In this document: piece after piece, positions 59,831 through 64,000 of the stretch
Numbering within the stretch: position 1 is the stretch's first letter
Layout of the letters: every line of letters starts with the position of its first letter
Source of the DNA: an uncultured Acidobacteriota bacterium
GTDB taxonomy: Bacteria; Acidobacteriota; UBA6911
Length of the DNA: 64,000 nt
Assembly: GCA_963843575.1 (NCBI GenBank)
Contig: CAWJKZ010000021.1
Span: 288,001 to 352,000, forward strand
Direction of reading: 5' to 3'
Notes under the pieces: generated by a model
Told to the model about the DNA's origin: nothing
Databases searched by the model: none
The model's input: the letters and a program-made list of their open reading frames with translations, nothing else
Translations under genes and position numbers: made by a program

Positions 59831-60769
59831 ATGCCTCGGACTTCGCTCGCGTTCGTTGCCGCAATTGCGTCCCTGGTCCTGCTGTCGTGGGGTACCCAGG
59901 CTGCGCAGCCTGAAATCGTGGGGCGCTGGGACCTGACGGTCGGGACGGCCCCCCACACCTATCCCTCCTGGTTTGAGATCACGTCCAAGGACGGCCGGCT
60001 TGCCGGCCGTTTCGTCGGCAAGGTCGGGAGTGCCCGTCCCATCAAGCAGCTCGAGTTTGCCGGAGGCACCCTGAGGTTCTCGTTGCCCCCGCAGTACGAA
60101 ACGCTCAAGAAGGACATCTCGTTCAGCGGGACGTTATCGGGCGGCCGGTTGAAGGGGACCACCGACGGCGAGGGCGGCGTCCTGCCGTGGGTGGGGGTGA
60201 GGGCGCCGGCGCTGCCGAAGCCGAAGAACATAAAGTGGGGCGCCCCCGTGGCCCTGTTCAACGGGAAGGACATGGCAGGATGGAAGCTGAAGGACCCGTC
60301 GCTCCCGAATGGCTGGAAAGTGGTCGACGGCATCGTGATGAACACGATGCCCTCCAGCGACATCGTCAGCGAGAAGCAGTTCACGGACTTCAAACTTCAC
60401 CTGGAGTTCAACGTGGCCCCCAAGAGCAACAGCGGGATCTACCTGCGGGGGCGTTACGAGGTCCAGGTGCAGGACGACATCGGGAAGCCGCCGGAAAGTC
60501 ACCTCGTCGGCGGACTCTACGGGTTCATCGATCCTACCGAGAACGCGGCAAAGAAGGCCGGAGAGTGGCAGGCCTACGACATTACCCTCCTCGGACGCTG
60601 GGTGACGGTGACGCTCAACGGCAAAACGGTCATCGACGACAAGGAGATTCCGGGGATCACCGGCGGCGCGCTCCACAGCCGCGAGGGTGAACCCGGACCG
60701 CTCATGCTGCAGGGGGACCACGGCGCGGTGTCCTACCGCAACGTCGTGCTTACGCCGCTCCAGAAATAA
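59831..60769 (+). CDS. DUF1080 (3-keto-disaccharide hydrolase-like) exported protein
   Basis: LFNGKD..GW, DF.LHLEF, NSGIYLRGRYEVQ, GEWQ, LQGDHG.V.YRN. Confidence 0.88.
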   Translation: MPRTSLAFVAAIASLVLLSWGTQAAQPEIVGRWDLTVGTAPHTYPSWFEITSKDGRLAGRFVGKVGSARPIKQLEFAGGTLRFSLPPQYETLKKDISFSGTLSGGRLKGTTDGEGGVLPWVGVRAPALPKPKNIKWGAPVALFNGKDMAGWKLKDPSLPNGWKVVDGIVMNTMPSSDIVSEKQFTDFKLHLEFNVAPKSNSGIYLRGRYEVQVQDDIGKPPESHLVGGLYGFIDPTENAAKKAGEWQAYDITLLGRWVTVTLNGKTVIDDKEIPGITGGALHSREGEPGPLMLQGDHGAVSYRNVVLTPLQK

Positions 60770-60946
60770 TGACAGAATCCCGTAGGGGCGGCACTCCTTC
60801 GAGGTGAGTTTTGCGGCTGATCTCCAGGACTCGAAGGATTCGCGGCAGCGCCTATCGGGTCACTGGAACTCGTCTTGCCGGCTGAATACGAATGTCGTAT
60901 GCTCAAATGCAGCGCTCGGCAACCATCGCAAACATCGGGGAATACT

Positions 60947-61408
60947 ATGCGATCCGAAAGGTACTTCGTGTGGTCGATTCTGATAGCGAGTCTGCTGTTC
61001 ACCCTGGGGTGCCCGAAAGAACCCGCCCGTGTCAACATGGTCTTGGCCGCCGCCCCCAACGTCAACACCGACCCGGGGGGGCAGCCCCTGTCGGTGGTGG
61101 TGCGCATCTACCAGCTGAAGGACAAGGGACGGCTGGAGACCGCGGACTACAACGCCATGTGGAAGTCGGACCGGGAGACGCTCTCCGATGATTTTCTCGA
61201 CCGCCAGGAGCGGGTCGTGCAGCCCGGAACCCAGGAGATGATCGAGGTCAGGGCCAATCCGCTGGCCGCCTATCTCGGGGTAGTCGCCCTCTTCCGGAAT
61301 CCTTCCGGCGACAGTTGGCGCAGGGTCGTTCCGATCAAGGGCAAAAATCAGAAGGTCACCTTCAGCCTGCGCGAGCAGAGTATCGAGCTGAGCTCTTCGG
61401 GAAAATAG
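60947..61408 (+). CDS. tssJ: Type VI secretion lipoprotein
   Basis: LGC lipobox, N.D..G.PLSVVVRIYQLK, YLGVVALFR...WR. Confidence 0.9.
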   Translation: MRSERYFVWSILIASLLFTLGCPKEPARVNMVLAAAPNVNTDPGGQPLSVVVRIYQLKDKGRLETADYNAMWKSDRETLSDDFLDRQERVVQPGTQEMIEVRANPLAAYLGVVALFRNPSGDSWRRVVPIKGKNQKVTFSLREQSIELSSSGK

Positions 61409-61419
61409 GGACGGCAACG

Positions 61420-62772
61420 ATGACGCGCCTGGAAAAAGTGCTCTGGAGTGAGGGGTTGTTTCTTACCCCGCAGCATTTTCAGCAGTGGGACCGCTACTAC
61501 GAGGAGTTCGTCAGCTTCCGGCTGCGCTCGCTGACGACATTCGCCTGGGGGGTCGAGGAGCTGGAGTTCAACGGGGAGGCGCTCCAGAACGGGGTGGTCG
61601 AACTGCTCCGCTGCCGGGCGGTGTTGCCCGACGGCATGCCGCTCAACATCCCCGAGACGGACCCCGCCCCCCCGAGCCGTAACTTCACGGCTGACTTTCA
61701 GCCGTCCAGCGAACGGCTGAGCGTCCATCTTGCCGTCCCCGCGCTGCGCGCGGGCGGGGCGAACCTGGGCGTCAACGGAGGCGGGCCCGCAGATTCGATG
61801 ACGCGCTTCCGCATGACGTCGGCCTCGGTGACGGACGAGAACACCGGCGAAAACCCGCAGCCGGTCTCGCTGGCCACGAAGAACCTCCGGCTCCTGCTGG
61901 GCGAGGATGTCTCGGGGCACGGGTCGCTGAAGGTGGCCGAGCTGCGCCGCACCCCGGAGGGGAAGGTTGTGCTGGACGATTTCTTCATCCCGCCGGCCAC
62001 CGCCCTGACGGCCTCGAAGTACCTGCTCGACATCGTGCGCCGCTTTTACGAGGTGCTGACGGCCAAGAGCGTGACCCTCTCGGACCAGCGGCGCCAGAAG
62101 GGCCCGGGGATGGCGGACTTCACCACTTCGGACGTCGCTAACTTCTGGCTGCTGCACACCGTCAACTCCTACCTGCCGGTCATGATGCACCTGCACCACG
62201 TCCAGAAGTTCCATCCGGAGCAGCTGTATCTCGCGATGGCGCGCCTCGCGGCGGAGCTGACGACCTTCGTCACGGACGCGAGCCCGGGCGACCTCCCGAA
62301 GTACTTCCACAGCGATCTCACCCGCACCTTCACGGAGCTCGACCGGCGGCTGCGCGTCCTGCTGGAGACGGTGATCCCGACCCGCTGCGTCCCCATACCG
62401 TTGGAGCGCACGAAGGAATCGCTCTATGTCGGGCGCATCCTGGACGACCGGCTGCTGACCCAGGCCGAGTTTTTCCTCGGGGTGTACGCGCGGATCCCCG
62501 AGACGCAGATCATCGAGCGCGTGCCGCGCAAGACCAAGATCGCTTCGCTCGACACGATCAACTATCTCCTCGGGCAGGCGCTGCCGGGCGTGTTGCTCCG
62601 CCCTGTCCCTATCGCCCCGGGGCCGATCCCGGCCCGCATGGGCTTCAAATACTTCCGCCTCGAGAAGCTCGGCACCTATTGGGACACCATCGCGGCCTCG
62701 CGCAGCGTCTGCATCTATTTCCCGGCCGAGTTTCCAGATCTCAAGCTGGAACTGTATGCCGTGAAGGATTGA
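61420..62772 (+). CDS. tssK: Type VI secretion baseplate subunit
   Basis: VLWSEGLFLTPQHFQQ, HPEQLY, ALPGV.L and YFRL motifs. Confidence 0.93.
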   Translation: MTRLEKVLWSEGLFLTPQHFQQWDRYYEEFVSFRLRSLTTFAWGVEELEFNGEALQNGVVELLRCRAVLPDGMPLNIPETDPAPPSRNFTADFQPSSERLSVHLAVPALRAGGANLGVNGGGPADSMTRFRMTSASVTDENTGENPQPVSLATKNLRLLLGEDVSGHGSLKVAELRRTPEGKVVLDDFFIPPATALTASKYLLDIVRRFYEVLTAKSVTLSDQRRQKGPGMADFTTSDVANFWLLHTVNSYLPVMMHLHHVQKFHPEQLYLAMARLAAELTTFVTDASPGDLPKYFHSDLTRTFTELDRRLRVLLETVIPTRCVPIPLERTKESLYVGRILDDRLLTQAEFFLGVYARIPETQIIERVPRKTKIASLDTINYLLGQALPGVLLRPVPIAPGPIPARMGFKYFRLEKLGTYWDTIAASRSVCIYFPAEFPDLKLELYAVKD

Positions 62773-62781
62773 GGTGCCGAC

Positions 62782-63501
62782 ATGCCTTCGTCACGGGACG
62801 ATTTCGACAGCACGGATTTCGGCGCGGGGTCGGCCGGTTCAAAGAAGACCCTGGTGGATCTCTGCCGCGACGCTTTCCTCCTCATCTTTCACATCCGGGG
62901 GGGCAACGACCCCGGGCACCCCGACGACTTGCGGAAGAGCATCGCCGCGCTGCTCCGGACGTTCGACGCCCAGGCGGCCAAATCGGGGTACAGCGAGGAG
63001 GATGCCAAGGCGAGTCGCTACGCCCTGTGCGCGCTCATCGACGAGACGATGCTCAACTCGAGGTGGTCGTTCAAGGACCAGTGGGCTGCGCGGCCGCTGC
63101 AGCTCGAGTATTTCGGGGAACAGCTGGCAGGGGAACGCTTCTTCGACCTGTTGGAGCGCGTCCGGCAGAAGGGGCGGAGGAAGGCCGATCTGCTCGAGGT
63201 CTTTTGCGTGGTGCTGATCCTCGGTTTCCAGGGCAAGTACAAGATGCGAGCCGGGGACGAGCTCGCGACCGTCACGCACGAGGTGGTGCAGGAGGTGCAG
63301 CAGTTCCGCGGCGGAGCCCCGGAACTGTCGCCGCATTGGCAGGTGCCCGAGGAGCATGTCGAAAAGCCCCCGCAGACAGTCCCGATGTGGGCGTGGGTTA
63401 CCGGCATCGCGGCCGTGGCGCTGGTCATCGTGGTTTACGTGGTGCTGAAGCTCTGGCTGGGTTCGGCAGCCTCCGACGCCGTCGGTCGGATGGTCCTGTG
63501 A
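62782..63501 (+). CDS. tssL: Type VI secretion DotU-family membrane protein
   Basis: YALCALIDE, W..RPLQ..YF....AGERFF, LGFQGKY, C-terminal TM. Confidence 0.93.
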   Translation: MPSSRDDFDSTDFGAGSAGSKKTLVDLCRDAFLLIFHIRGGNDPGHPDDLRKSIAALLRTFDAQAAKSGYSEEDAKASRYALCALIDETMLNSRWSFKDQWAARPLQLEYFGEQLAGERFFDLLERVRQKGRRKADLLEVFCVVLILGFQGKYKMRAGDELATVTHEVVQEVQQFRGGAPELSPHWQVPEEHVEKPPQTVPMWAWVTGIAAVALVIVVYVVLKLWLGSAASDAVGRMVL

Positions 63502-63553
63502 GTTTCTGTCTCCGGGTCTTACCAACGCAATCTCTTTTAGCAACCGGCGAGCC

Positions 63554-64000
63554 ATGAACATATCGGCGTCAGGCCTGGCAACAAAAGTGGGGATCCCGGT
63601 CGCTCTGGCTGCGGCGGCGGTGTGGGCCGTCAACTCCTACGTCAGCCCGGACGCGGCCAAGAAGCTTCTTGCCATCATCCTGATTTTCGCGGCGGCGCTG
63701 CTGGTCGTGTGGCTCCTGGTGTGGCTGATCCGGGCCCTGGTGGTGTCGATGTCCGGGGCACGGTCGCGGGCCAGGGCCGCGCGCGAAGCGGCCCCGGCCG
63801 AAGGGGCAACCCCGCAGGAGCGGGCCGCCCTGGACGCGCTGCAGGGGAATATCGACGTCGCGTTGCGGGTCGTGCGCGAGTCCAAAATGGCTCGGGGCCG
63901 CAAAGGCGACGAGGCGCTGTACGCCTTCCCCTGGGTGGTCCTCTTCGGCCCGCCGGAATCGGGCAAGAGCACCCTCCTGCGTGACTCGGGCGTGGAGTTC
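63554..64000 (+). CDS. tssM: Type VI secretion IcmF-family protein, 3'-truncated by the window edge
   Basis: Own translation (not in the ORF track): two TM helices, then LYAFPWVVLFGPPESGKSTLLRDSG (Walker A). Confidence 0.9.
   Translation, partial: MNISASGLATKVGIPVALAAAAVWAVNSYVSPDAAKKLLAIILIFAAALLVVWLLVWLIRALVVSMSGARSRARAAREAAPAEGATPQERAALDALQGNIDVALRVVRESKMARGRKGDEALYAFPWVVLFGPPESGKSTLLRDSGVEF

Overview
High-GC bacterial chromosome segment. The gene content (FG-GAP/ASPIC protein, carboxypeptidase-regulatory-domain TonB-like barrels, DUF1080, TPR proteins) suggests Acidobacteriota; this is inference. The central feature is a ~25 kb region (6504-31487) bounded by tRNA-Asn(GTT) and an exact 45-bp copy of its 3' end, i.e. 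a probable tRNA-integrated island with no recognisable integrase. Its cargo is mostly envelope-related: a CpxAR-like two-component system with a periplasmic protein and an outer-membrane barrel, an orphan lptB, an AraC regulator, a 1,566-aa double-Kelch surface protein, a BamA/Omp85 paralogue, a second TonB-like barrel, and an ECF sigma/anti-sigma/Spy-like triad. The strongest new observation is four copies of one ECF-type promoter motif (GTAACA-N14-CGTA), arranged as two back-to-back pairs. They point into the Kelch gene, bamA, the TonB-like gene and the sigma operon, defining a candidate self-contained envelope regulon. Outside the island are housekeeping genes (ybaK, tesA with its ABC pair, korAB, yajQ, xth), three MITE-like families, REP-like and heptamer repeats, and the start of a type VI secretion cluster (tssJKLM). 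Many single-base frameshifts, including in yajQ, may be assembly errors rather than pseudogenisation. No CRISPR array or rRNA was seen.
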